From a bacterium (GTDB lineage Bacteria > Krumholzibacteriota > Krumholzibacteriia > LZORAL124-64-63), in the NCBI GenBank assembly GCA_031441465.1, contig JANOEP010000012.1, forward strand, positions 1 through 46,632: 46,632 nucleotides of DNA. The letters run 5' to 3'. The notes under the pieces are model-generated. The model did not search any database. It was not told the DNA's origin and saw only the letters and a program-made list of their open reading frames with translations. Below, piece after piece: positions 17,601-26,900 of this stretch (its first letter is position 1; every line of letters starts with the position of its first letter). The position numbers were made by a program, and so were the translations under genes.

Positions 17601-18167
17601 GTGTCGACCACGATCCGTCTGACCCGCATGGGTCGCAAGCAAAGGCCCTTCTACCGGTTGATCGTCACCGACAGCCGCAACCGGCGCGACGGCGCCTACC
17701 TGGCGAACCTGGGCTACTACAACCCGTTCGCCGAGCCGCTGGAAGTGAAGCTGCACGAGCAGGAGATCATCGCCTGGCTGCGCAAGGGCGCCACGGTCAG
17801 CGACACGGCCCGCTCCCTGATGCGCCGCGAGGGCGTCCTGCTGCGCTGGGAACTGCTGCGCCAGGGCCTTGCGGTCGACGAGGTCGAAGCCCGCGTGACG
17901 ACCTGGAAGAGCGATCTCGACGGCCGCCTCGGCGCCAAGGCCCAGGTGAAGGCCGAGCAGGAGCGCAAGTCCAAGGTCGAGGCCGCCGCCGCCAAGCGGG
18001 CCGCCGAGGAGGCCGCCGCCGCCGAAGCCGCCGCCGCCGAGGCCGCCGCGGCCAAGCAGGCCGCCGCGGAAGTTGCGGCCGCCGAAGCCGCCGCCGCGCC
18101 CGCCGAAACGCCCGCCGAAACGCCCGTCGAGGGCGACGCGCCCGCGGACGAGAGCCGACCGGCATGA
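17601..18167 (+). CDS. rpsP: 30S ribosomal protein S16 with long C-terminal extension
   Basis: GTG after GGAGG; IRLTRMGRKQRPFYR, RRDG, LGYYNP, WL.KGA.VSDT; Ala/Glu-rich tail. Confidence 0.96.
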   Translation: MSTTIRLTRMGRKQRPFYRLIVTDSRNRRDGAYLANLGYYNPFAEPLEVKLHEQEIIAWLRKGATVSDTARSLMRREGVLLRWELLRQGLAVDEVEARVTTWKSDLDGRLGAKAQVKAEQERKSKVEAAAAKRAAEEAAAAEAAAAEAAAAKQAAAEVAAAEAAAAPAETPAETPVEGDAPADESRPA

Positions 18168-18409
18168 GCAAAGCAATGGAACTGGTCTCGTACCTCGCGG
18201 TGAACCTGGTCGACCATCCCGAAGACGTGCGCATCCAATCCATGGAGCGCGACGGCGAGGAGATTTTCCTGGTGCGGGTGCATCCGGACGACGTGGGGCA
18301 GATCATCGGCAAGGGAGGCGCGACCGTGAAGGCGGTGCGCAGCCTGCTGCAGGCCGTGGGCACCCGGGTCGACCGTCGTTTCGGCTTCGAGATCGCGAAC
18401 GAGCAGTAG
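18164..18409 (+). CDS. khpA: KH-domain RNA-binding protein KhpA (YlqC)
   Basis: LVDHPEDV, V.PDDVGQIIGKGG.T..AVR; position between rpsP and rimM. Confidence 0.93.
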   Translation: MSKAMELVSYLAVNLVDHPEDVRIQSMERDGEEIFLVRVHPDDVGQIIGKGGATVKAVRSLLQAVGTRVDRRFGFEIANEQ

Positions 18410-18412
18410 GGC

Positions 18413-18946
18413 ATGACGGGAATCCCGGCCGACGAGTTCGTGCCCGTCGCCGACGTGGTCAAGGCGGTGGGTCTGCGGGGCGAGTTGAAGCTCTACCCGC
18501 TGATCGATTGGCACGAGCCCTTGCTGGACTCCGGCGACCTGGTCTGGGACGACGGCGCGCCGTTCGCGCCCGAATCCTGGCGGTCCCTGGGGACCTGTTA
18601 CGTGGTGGCCTTGGCGGGGATCGTGACGCGGGAGGGCGCCGAAGGCGCCGTGGGCAGGCTGGTCGGCTTCCTCCGGAGCCGCTACGCCGACCCGGACTTC
18701 CCGCGACCCCGCGGCGGTCTGCCGTTCCGCTGGCTCGGTCGTCCGGTCGTGACCGCGGCCGGCGAAGCGATCGGCGAGGTCGACGACGTGCGCACCTACG
18801 GCATCGGGTTCATGCTGGTCGTCCCGCGCGCCGGTCGCGAGTGCCTGATCCCGGCCTTGGCGCCCATCCTGCGGCCCGAGGACGAACTGCAGGGGACGCT
18901 CGTGATCGACCCGCCGGAGGGATTGCTCGATGTCGCTGGCGATTAA
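18413..18946 (+). CDS. rimM: ribosome maturation factor RimM
   Basis: VVKAVGLRGELK N-domain; PRC barrel (G..V....GE.IG.V, LIP, IDPPEGLLD); synteny. Confidence 0.9.
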   Translation: MTGIPADEFVPVADVVKAVGLRGELKLYPLIDWHEPLLDSGDLVWDDGAPFAPESWRSLGTCYVVALAGIVTREGAEGAVGRLVGFLRSRYADPDFPRPRGGLPFRWLGRPVVTAAGEAIGEVDDVRTYGIGFMLVVPRAGRECLIPALAPILRPEDELQGTLVIDPPEGLLDVAGD

Positions 18947-19673
18947 GGTCGTCACCCTGTTCCCGGAGATGATCCGGGAGGTCCTGTCCACCAGCATCCT
19001 GGGACGGGCCGCGCGTCAGGGGCAGGTGACCTACGAAGTGCTGGACATCCGCGACCATGCCGTGGACCGCCACGGGACGGTCGACGACGCACCCTACGGG
19101 GGGGGCGCGGGGATGGTCCTGATGGCGCCGCCGGTGATTGAGGCGGTCGAGGCCGCGCGCTCCGGCGACGCGACGCCCCTGCTGCTGATGTCGGCGCAGG
19201 GCGAGCGGTTGGACGAGGACCTGGTGCTGGAACTGGCCGCGCAGGCCACGGCCGCCGGCGAACTGGTGCTGGTCTGCGGGCACTACAAGGGTGTCGACCA
19301 GCGGGTCCTGGATCTGCTGCGGCCGCGCGAGGTCTCCATCGGGGACTACGTGCTGACCGGCGGGGAACTGCCCGCGCTTGTGGTGATCGACGCCCTGGTG
19401 CGCCGGTTGCCAGGGGTGCTGGGCAACAGCGACTCGGCCGAGAGCGACAGTTTCACCGCCGCGCTCGACGGCGGACTCGAGGGTCCCTGGTACACCCGGC
19501 CTCCGGAGTACCGCGGGCTCGCGGTGCCCGAGATCCTGATCTCGGGGCACCACGCCAACATCGAGCGGTGGCGCGCGGAGAGATCGCGGGAGCGCACGCA
19601 ACAGCGTCGTCCCGACCTCGCCGCGGGACGGCGGCGGCCTGCGCCCGACGCGGGGGACGGCGCCGGAGAATGA
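18930..19673 (+). CDS. trmD: tRNA (guanine37-N1)-methyltransferase
   Basis: VTLFPE, VDDAPYGGGAGMVL, CGHYKGVDQR, SIGDYVLTGGELPA, PWYTRP, SGHHANI. Confidence 0.97.
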   Translation: MSLAIKVVTLFPEMIREVLSTSILGRAARQGQVTYEVLDIRDHAVDRHGTVDDAPYGGGAGMVLMAPPVIEAVEAARSGDATPLLLMSAQGERLDEDLVLELAAQATAAGELVLVCGHYKGVDQRVLDLLRPREVSIGDYVLTGGELPALVVIDALVRRLPGVLGNSDSAESDSFTAALDGGLEGPWYTRPPEYRGLAVPEILISGHHANIERWRAERSRERTQQRRPDLAAGRRRPAPDAGDGAGE

Positions 19674-19793
19674 CGAGCGAAGCCTGAAACGAACGACGCC
19701 GCCGCTCCCGCGAGGAGACGACGGCGAGCCACGACGGGGTCCGCGGACCCCGCCCCCCGGCGCGACGCCGGCGGGTTTGACCAGGAGGCCGCG

Positions 19794-20150
19794 ATGAGCA
19801 ACATCGTCGACACGATCCGCACCGAGAAGCTGCGCTCGGACCTGCCGGTGTTCAGCATCGGCGACACGATCCGCTGCCGGATGAACATCACCGAGGGCGG
19901 CAAGACCCGCATCCAGAACTACGAGGGTGTCGTCATCGCCCGCCAGGGTTCGGCGAACGAGGCCTCGATCACGGTGCGCAAGATCTCCAACGGCGTCGCC
20001 GTCGAGCGCGTGCTGCCGATCGAGAGCCCGAACCTCGCCGGCATCGAGCTGGTGCGCCGCGGTCGGATCCGCCGCAGCAAGCTCTACTACCTGCGAGAGC
20101 TGACCGGCAAGAAGGCCCGCATCCGCGAGAAGCAGTTCGGCCGGAAGTGA
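19794..20150 (+). CDS. rplS: 50S ribosomal protein L19
   Basis: P.F..GDT, EG.KTRIQ.YEGVVI, TVRKISNGVAVER, RGRIRRSKLYYLR...GKKARI. Confidence 0.97.
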   Translation: MSNIVDTIRTEKLRSDLPVFSIGDTIRCRMNITEGGKTRIQNYEGVVIARQGSANEASITVRKISNGVAVERVLPIESPNLAGIELVRRGRIRRSKLYYLRELTGKKARIREKQFGRK

Positions 20151-20824
20151 GCGGCTGCGGCGCCCGCCTGGCCGCCTTCGATCGCGAGCGCGCCGCCCCC
20201 GGGGCTAACGGGAACGGGACGCAGGTGGACGGGGTGCAATCGGACGGGCTACTCGTGATCGCCGGCACCGACGAGGCCGGCCGCGGTTGTCTGGCCGGTC
20301 CCGTGGTGGCGGCGGCGGTGGTGCTTCCGCCGGGCTGGGCGCCTGCGGCATTGGACGATTCCAAGCGGTTGACCGCCCGCCGGCGCGCTTCCCTGTACCA
20401 GGACATCGTCCGCGAGGCCCTGGACTGGCAAGCGGAGGCCGCCTGGCCCCGAGAGATCGAGAAGACCGATATCCTGCGCTCCAGCCTGCGCGCCATGGCC
20501 ACCGCCGTGGCGCGTCTGCGCGTCCGGCCCGACGTGGTGCTGGTCGACGGCAACCAGGCGCCGCCGTTGGCCTGCCCCGCCGTCTGCCTGGTGGGCGGCG
20601 ACGGCCTCAGCGCCGCGGTGGCCGCCGCCTCCATCATCGCGAAGGTCGTGCGCGACGCGCTCATGGTCGATCTGGACACCCGCCATCCCGGCTACGGCTT
20701 CGCCGGGCACAAGGGCTACGGCTCCGCCGATCACCTGGCGGCCCTGCGCCGGCTGGGTCCCTGCCCCCTGCACCGTCGCACCTTCGCCCCGGTCGCCAAT
20801 CTGCGGCAAGGCTCCCTCTGGTAG
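20147..20824 (+). CDS. rnhB: ribonuclease HII
   Basis: AGTDEAGRGCLAGPVVAAAV, DDSKRL, VDGN, GDG.S..VAAASIIAKV.RD, HKGYG, HRRTFAPV. Confidence 0.96.
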   Translation: MSGCGARLAAFDRERAAPGANGNGTQVDGVQSDGLLVIAGTDEAGRGCLAGPVVAAAVVLPPGWAPAALDDSKRLTARRRASLYQDIVREALDWQAEAAWPREIEKTDILRSSLRAMATAVARLRVRPDVVLVDGNQAPPLACPAVCLVGGDGLSAAVAAASIIAKVVRDALMVDLDTRHPGYGFAGHKGYGSADHLAALRRLGPCPLHRRTFAPVANLRQGSLW

Positions 20825-20856
20825 GCTTCCTGCTGCGAAGGCGGCGGGAGGTGGTC

Positions 20857-21228
20857 ATGCACCAGCACGCCGACGCCGCGACGCTCGGCCGCTGCGGCGA
20901 GGAGATCGCCGCGCAGTGGTACGTCGCCGAGGGATTCACGGTCCTCGCCCGACGGTTCCGGACCGGGCGCGGCGAGGTGGACCTCGTCGCCCGGCGCGGG
21001 CCCTTGCTGGTCTTCGTCGAGGTCAAGACCCGGCGCGGGGACGGCTGGGGATCGCCGGCCGCGGCGGTCGACGCCCGCAAGCTGTTGCGGTTGCGCGTCG
21101 CCGCCCGGGCCTGGCTCGCCGCACACCCGGCCCGCGATGCGATGGAATTCCGCTTCGACGTCGCTGCGGTGCGCTTCGCGCCGGGCGGGGACGGGCTGCG
21201 GCTGGAGGTGATCGCCGGGGTCTTCTGA
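20857..21228 (+). CDS. yraN: YraN (UPF0102) family putative endonuclease
   Basis: LGRCGEE.A, GEVDLVA, LVFVEVKTR, FRFDV; follows rnhB. Confidence 0.92.
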   Translation: MHQHADAATLGRCGEEIAAQWYVAEGFTVLARRFRTGRGEVDLVARRGPLLVFVEVKTRRGDGWGSPAAAVDARKLLRLRVAARAWLAAHPARDAMEFRFDVAAVRFAPGGDGLRLEVIAGVF

Positions 21229-21403
21229 ACCGCTGCGCGTCAACGCGCGTCGACGTGCCGGGCGCCGCTGATTGGGGGTGGCGCGGCGCGAGCCGTGCGG
21301 TTAGAGTTGCGCGACCGAGGCGCGCGGTTCCGCGCCGTCCCAACTCGCACAGCCAGTCCATCCCCGGCGACCCCCGCGTCGCCGGCCGGAGGATCGACGC
21401 ATC

Positions 21404-23935
21404 ATGGCCGACTACGATTTCCAGGAGATCGAACCGCGCTGGCGCGAGTTCTGGACCCGCACCGGGCACGACCAGGTGGACTGGGACTCCGACAAGCCCA
21501 AGTGCTACTGCCTGAGCATGTTCTCCTACCCGTCGGGCGACAAGCTCCACCTCGGCCACTGGTACAACTACGTGCCGGCCGACACCTGGGCCCGCTATCG
21601 GCGCCAGCGCGGCGACAACGTGTTCCAGCCGGTCGGTTTCGACAGCTTCGGCCTGCCGGCGGAGAACTTCGCCATCAAGTGCGGCGTCCACCCCGGCGCG
21701 CACACGACCGAGAACATTGCCTTCATTCGCGAGCAGCTGCGCACGCTGGGGCCGATGTACGACTGGCGCAGCGAGCTGGCCACGCACACCCCCGAGTACT
21801 ACGCCTGGACGCAGTGGCTCTTCCTGACCCTCTTCGAGCACGGGCTCGCCTACCGCGCCGCGCAGCCGGTGAACTGGTGCGACTCGTGCCAGACCGTGCT
21901 CGCCAACGAGCAGGTCGACGACGGCGCCTGCGAACGCTGCAAGTCCGAGGTCGTCCGCAAGAACCTGACCCAGTGGTGCTTCCGCATCACCCGCTACGCC
22001 GACCGCCTGATCGACAACCTCCCCGCGCTGGACTGGCCGGAGGAGACCAAGAAGAAGCAGACCAGCTGGATCGGCCGCAGCCACGGCGCCGAGATCGTCT
22101 TCGTCGCGCGGCTCGCCGACGGCGCCGCCGCGCCCGCCGGCGCCGACACGCAGGCGGACGGCTCGCTCGCGCTGCGCGTCTTCACGACCCGTCCCGACAC
22201 GCTGTTCGGCGTCACCTACCTGGCGCTGGCCCCCGAGCACCCGCTGGTCGACGTGCTGACCGACGCCGCGCACCGGGCGGACGTCGCCGCCTACCGTCGC
22301 CATTCGGCGCGGCTGAGCGAGGTCGACCGTCAGAGCAGCGACCGACCCAAGTCCGGCGTGCCGACGGGAGCGACGGCCGTCAATCCCGTCAACGGGGAGG
22401 CGGTGCCGATCCTGGTCGCCGACTACGTGCTGGCCGGCTACGGCACCGGCGCGGTCATGGCGGTGCCGGCCCACGACGAGCGCGACTTCGCGTTCGCCGC
22501 GGCGTTGGGCCTGCCCGTGCGGCAGGTGATCCTGCCCGAGGGGACCACGACCGCCGCGACCTTCGGCGAGGCCTGGACCGGCCCCGGCCGGATGACCGCC
22601 TCCGGCGTCTACGACGGCCTGGACGGCGAACAGGGCGCCAGGCGCCTCGTCGCGGACCTCGAGGCGCGCGGTCTCGGCTGCGCGAAGGTCCAGTATCGCC
22701 TGCGCGACTGGCTGATCAGTCGCCAGCGCTACTGGGGGGCGCCGATCCCCATCATCCATTGCCCGACCTGCGGCGAAGTGCCGGTGCCACTCGACCGCCT
22801 GCCGGTGCTGCTGCCGCAGGACGTGGACTTCCGCCCGCGCGGCAAGGCACCCCTGGCCAGCAGCGAGGCCTTCATGGCCGTGGACTGCCCGCGCTGCGGC
22901 GGGCCCGCCCGGCGCGACCCCGACACGATGGACACCTTCGTCTGCAGCAGCTGGTATTTCCTGCGCTACCCCGAGCCCGGCCTGCGCGACGCCCCGTTCC
23001 GTTACGAGACGCTGCGCAAGTGGCTGCCGGTGGACATGTACGTCGGCGGCGCCGACCACGCCTGCGGGCACCTAATCTTCTCCCGCTTCATCACGATGGT
23101 GCTGCACGACCTCGGTTTCGTGCCGGTCGAGGAACCCTTCGCGAGGCTGCGCCACCAGGGCATGATCACCCGCGACGGCGAGAAGATGTCCAAGAGCAAG
23201 GGCAACACCGTCGTGCCCGCCGACTACCTCGAGCGCTACGGCACCGACACGCTGCGCGCCTACCTCATGTTCGGCTTCGCCTTCGCCGACGGCGGGGACT
23301 GGACGGACGAGGGCCTCGACGGCATCTGGCGCTACCTCAACCGCGTCTGGCGCCTGGTGGACGCGGTGCTCGAGGACCGCTCGCCCGCCGGCGACGCGCC
23401 CGCCGCCGCCGCCGCGCTGAGCGCCGAGCAGATCGCCGAGCGCTGGCCCCTGCTGCGCCGGGTGCTGCACAACTCCGTGCGCGGCTGCACGCAGGATCTC
23501 GAACGCTTCCAGTTCAACACGGCGCTCAGCCGCCTGATGGAATTGACCAACGCCCTTTACCACTACTGCGGCCGCGAGCGGCCCTCGCCGGCGGACGCCG
23601 ACTTCCACGGGGCGCTGACGGCGCTGGTGCAGATGATCGCGCCGTTCACGCCGCACCTCGGCGCGGAACTGTGGCTGAGGCTGGGCCGGGACGGCTCGGT
23701 CTTCGATCATCCGTGGCCCGTCTGGCGCGACGAGTACCTCGTCGCCGACTCGGTCACCTACGTCATCCAGATCAACGGCAAGATCCGCGAGCGCATGGAG
23801 GCGCCCCGCGATGCCGACGCCGGGCAGGTCGAGCGCGACGCGCTCGCGCACGGCCGCGTCCCCGAGTTGATCGGGGCGGGGCCGGTGCGCAAGGTCGTCG
23901 TCGTGCCCGGCAAGCTCGTGAACATCGTCGTCTGA
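21404..23935 (+). CDS. leuS: leucine--tRNA ligase
   Basis: MFSYPSG..LHLGH, VLANEQV, WIGRS.G, FTTRPDTLFG, GTGAVMAVPAHDERDF, DWLISRQRYWGAPIP, DTMDTF, KMSKSKGN, QINGK, VPGKLVNIVV. Confidence 0.98.
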   Translation: MADYDFQEIEPRWREFWTRTGHDQVDWDSDKPKCYCLSMFSYPSGDKLHLGHWYNYVPADTWARYRRQRGDNVFQPVGFDSFGLPAENFAIKCGVHPGAHTTENIAFIREQLRTLGPMYDWRSELATHTPEYYAWTQWLFLTLFEHGLAYRAAQPVNWCDSCQTVLANEQVDDGACERCKSEVVRKNLTQWCFRITRYADRLIDNLPALDWPEETKKKQTSWIGRSHGAEIVFVARLADGAAAPAGADTQADGSLALRVFTTRPDTLFGVTYLALAPEHPLVDVLTDAAHRADVAAYRRHSARLSEVDRQSSDRPKSGVPTGATAVNPVNGEAVPILVADYVLAGYGTGAVMAVPAHDERDFAFAAALGLPVRQVILPEGTTTAATFGEAWTGPGRMTASGVYDGLDGEQGARRLVADLEARGLGCAKVQYRLRDWLISRQRYWGAPIPIIHCPTCGEVPVPLDRLPVLLPQDVDFRPRGKAPLASSEAFMAVDCPRCGGPARRDPDTMDTFVCSSWYFLRYPEPGLRDAPFRYETLRKWLPVDMYVGGADHACGHLIFSRFITMVLHDLGFVPVEEPFARLRHQGMITRDGEKMSKSKGNTVVPADYLERYGTDTLRAYLMFGFAFADGGDWTDEGLDGIWRYLNRVWRLVDAVLEDRSPAGDAPAAAAALSAEQIAERWPLLRRVLHNSVRGCTQDLERFQFNTALSRLMELTNALYHYCGRERPSPADADFHGALTALVQMIAPFTPHLGAELWLRLGRDGSVFDHPWPVWRDEYLVADSVTYVIQINGKIRERMEAPRDADAGQVERDALAHGRVPELIGAGPVRKVVVVPGKLVNIVV

Positions 23936-23958
23936 GCGGGGTCGGACAGGGGACGACC

Positions 23959-26900
23959 ATGAACTACTGGGACCAGCTGGCCGAGGCTCGCGCCCGGCTC
24001 GAGGCGGGGGATCTCCGCCAGGCCGAGGCCTGTTTCGCCGAGGCGGGGGACAGCCGCGAGCGCTCGCCCGTGCGCGTCTTTTTGAGCGAGAAGATGGGGA
24101 GCGCGGCCAAGCGCGCGCTGACCAGGATCCGGGGCGCCGGCGCCGGCGACAAGGGCGAAGCCGGGCGCTGGGAGCGCGAGCGGGCCGACTTCGTGGCCTG
24201 CTTCCGCGAGCAGGCGCGCGGCCTGCTGGACCGGGCGCGCGCTTCCGTCGCGGCGCCGGGCGCCGTCCCGCCGCGCGAGCGCCTGAACCTGGCGGCCGGC
24301 GCCGCCTACCTCACGGCGTCCAGCGAGCTGGCCGACCTGCGAAGGATCGATCCCTCACCCTTCCTCGAGGCGGCGCTGGCCGCCGCCTGCGAAGCGGGCT
24401 GCCCGCCTCCGGACGGCTTGCTGGCCGTCTCGTTGCCCCTGGCGGCCGACGTCCGGTTGCGGCTGGCGGCGCGTGTCCTGGAGTTCGCACGCCGCGGACC
24501 GCTGGACGACGCCGCCCGCGGGCTTGCCCGCGACGCCGACGCCCTGCTGGCTCCGGAACACATGGTCGGTCCCGCCCAGGAAGCCGAGCGGCTCTGGCTG
24601 GCCGCGCAACTGGCCGAAGGGCCGCTCGACGACGCGCCGCGGGCCGCGGCGCTCTACGCCGCCTGCGTGCGGGAGCCGGGCACGCCCGCCGACCGGTGCG
24701 ACCTGGCCCGTCTCGCCGCCGCCGCTCTGCTCGCCAACCTCGACCGCTTCGCGCTGCCGGTCCCGCGCTACGACGAAGCCCTGGCCCTGCTCGAAGCCGT
24801 CGCCGCCGACGCGACGGTCGAACGCCGCCGCCGTGCGGCCTTGTCCGTCCTGCAAGAGCGGCAGATCGCGACGCGAGACGGCATTTGGGCCTCGGCCGCC
24901 AAGGGTGCGGGGAAAGTCCAGGGCCAAGGCGCCGGGAGGGTCGACGGGTTCGTGGTGGTCTGGCGCCGCAGCCGGCCCGTCGATGTTCTGAGCTGGCATG
25001 ACGGGGCCTCCGCAGCAGCGGTCGCCGCGTACCTCGGCGAGGCGCGCGAGCGTGTCCTGGTGCTCGATGAGATCGGCAACGAACTGCCCAGCTGGGAGTT
25101 GCGGAGTCTGGTGGAAGCGTTGCTGGAGCCGGAGCTGCCGGCTCATGGTCTGGATGACGGCATGCTGACCTCCCTGGCCGCCCTGCGCTGCGAGGCCCCG
25201 TCGTCGCACCCGCTTTTCGGCGACGAGCCACGGGGACCGAGTTCCGGCGCTGTCGCGGACGCCCTGCGGGCGGGACGGGTCTGGCTCGGCGCCGCGGCTC
25301 GGCTGGCGGCCGCCGAACCCGGCCAACGGGGCATGATCCGCGAACTGGCCCGCCGTGGCGACGCCGCGGCCAAGCTGGTGGCGGCGTTCCTGCCGCCCGA
25401 TCTCGTGCGTCCCCAGGGCTGGCCCCTGACCCCGTTGCAGGACCGGCCGTCACCGCGCGCCTTCGGCACCACGGCGATGGACGGCGGGCGCCGCCACGTC
25501 GAACCGCGCGATCCCGAACTCGCCGCCTCGGCGTCGGCGCTGGTGTTCACCGCCGACCGGGCGTCGGCGCTGGAAGCCTGGGGCCAACGTCGCGGTGCCT
25601 GGCGTGTCGTTCTGGACGGCGCCGACCGACTGGCGGAGTTCGCCGGTGCCTTGGCGCGCCATCCGGGCGCGTGGACCCTCGTGCCGCCGGCTGGGTCGAT
25701 CCACGACCGCGACGCGGCTCTGTCCCGGTTGTCCGACCTGGCCACGACGCCGGGGCTGGGCCTGCTGCCCCTGGTCCACGCCTGCCGCCTCGCCGCGAGC
25801 CACAACGGAGATCTGGCCGATCACCGCCGGCTGCGCCCGCGATCCCACGGCGCCTGCCCCTTGTTCGATCGCTACGAGACCTGGACGGCACAGCTGCCGC
25901 GGTGCGACGCGACGACGGAACCAGCCGGTTGGGCGGCGGAACTGGCCCGACGCGTGGATGGCGACGCCGCGGTCGTGGGGTTGGTCGGCGACCTGCCGGT
26001 CGACGAGGCGGCGCGCGCACGCCGCTGGGGGCTGGACGGCAGGGCCGCCGCCTGGGTTTTCGCCGACGCCGCCGTGATCAATTGGCGCTGGCATCGCCGC
26101 GGCGCCGCCGAACCGGCCGCCCGTCACCGTGCCCTGGCCGGCGCGGGCACGGGCCAGCTGTCGTTGCTCGCGCCGGCTCCGATCCTCGACGGCGACCTCA
26201 CGGCGGTCCTCGGGAACTGGCTCTCGGCGCACGGCGCCTGCCGGGTCTTCGTCCGGGGCGGGGACGCGACGACGCCCGTGTCGCTGGCCGTCGGCGGCCC
26301 GCCACCGGACGCGCGGGTCCGGTTGGGCGCCGCCGCGGTGGCCCACGCCCGACGCCTCTCGCAGCTGTCCGGCACGGCCGGCGCCTGCCTGCTCGTGCCG
26401 GCGACCGGTCCGCTGGGCGCCTGCCTGCAAGGCCTGGCGCGTGGCGAGGTCACCGCCTCGCCGGCCGCCAGGCTCGCCGTCGAACGGCAGGACGATTTCT
26501 GGGACGATCCGGACACCGCCCGGCGTTGCGCCGGGGGGGTCGTCTATGTCCCGCAGATGGAAAGCCTGGACCCCGTTGCCGCCGGCGGCACGGATGACGC
26601 CTCCTGGCAGCGCCGGGATGCCGCCGCCGCCACGGCCGCCGAGCAACGACGCGCCTTGCTGGCGCTGGAACTGCACGCGCTGCGGAGCAGGGGAGCCGGC
26701 ACGATCATGGTCGGGGACACGCGGTGGTGGCGCACGTTCCCGCTCGGCGCGGCCGGAAGCCCGGCTCTGGATGCCGCCGGGGCGGCCGCCTTGGCGGGGG
26801 CGTGGGACGTCGGCGTCTTCGATCTGGACGGCGAACCGGCGCGGGCCCCCCAGCGACGCGGCCGCGACGCGGACCCGCTGCGCACGGCGGTCGTGGGCTG

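Noticed and set aside
19674..19793. GC hairpins between trmD and rplS as a ribosomal leader
   Set aside because: Short GC-only stems (GGGGTCCGCGGACCCC) are expected by chance at this GC content; no recognisable motif.
21295..23958. Upstream extension making the giant ORF 2979 aa
   Set aside because: It overlaps leuS in another frame and translates as Arg/Pro/Gly-rich shadow sequence typical of high GC; a proper ATG with an RBS lies at 23959.
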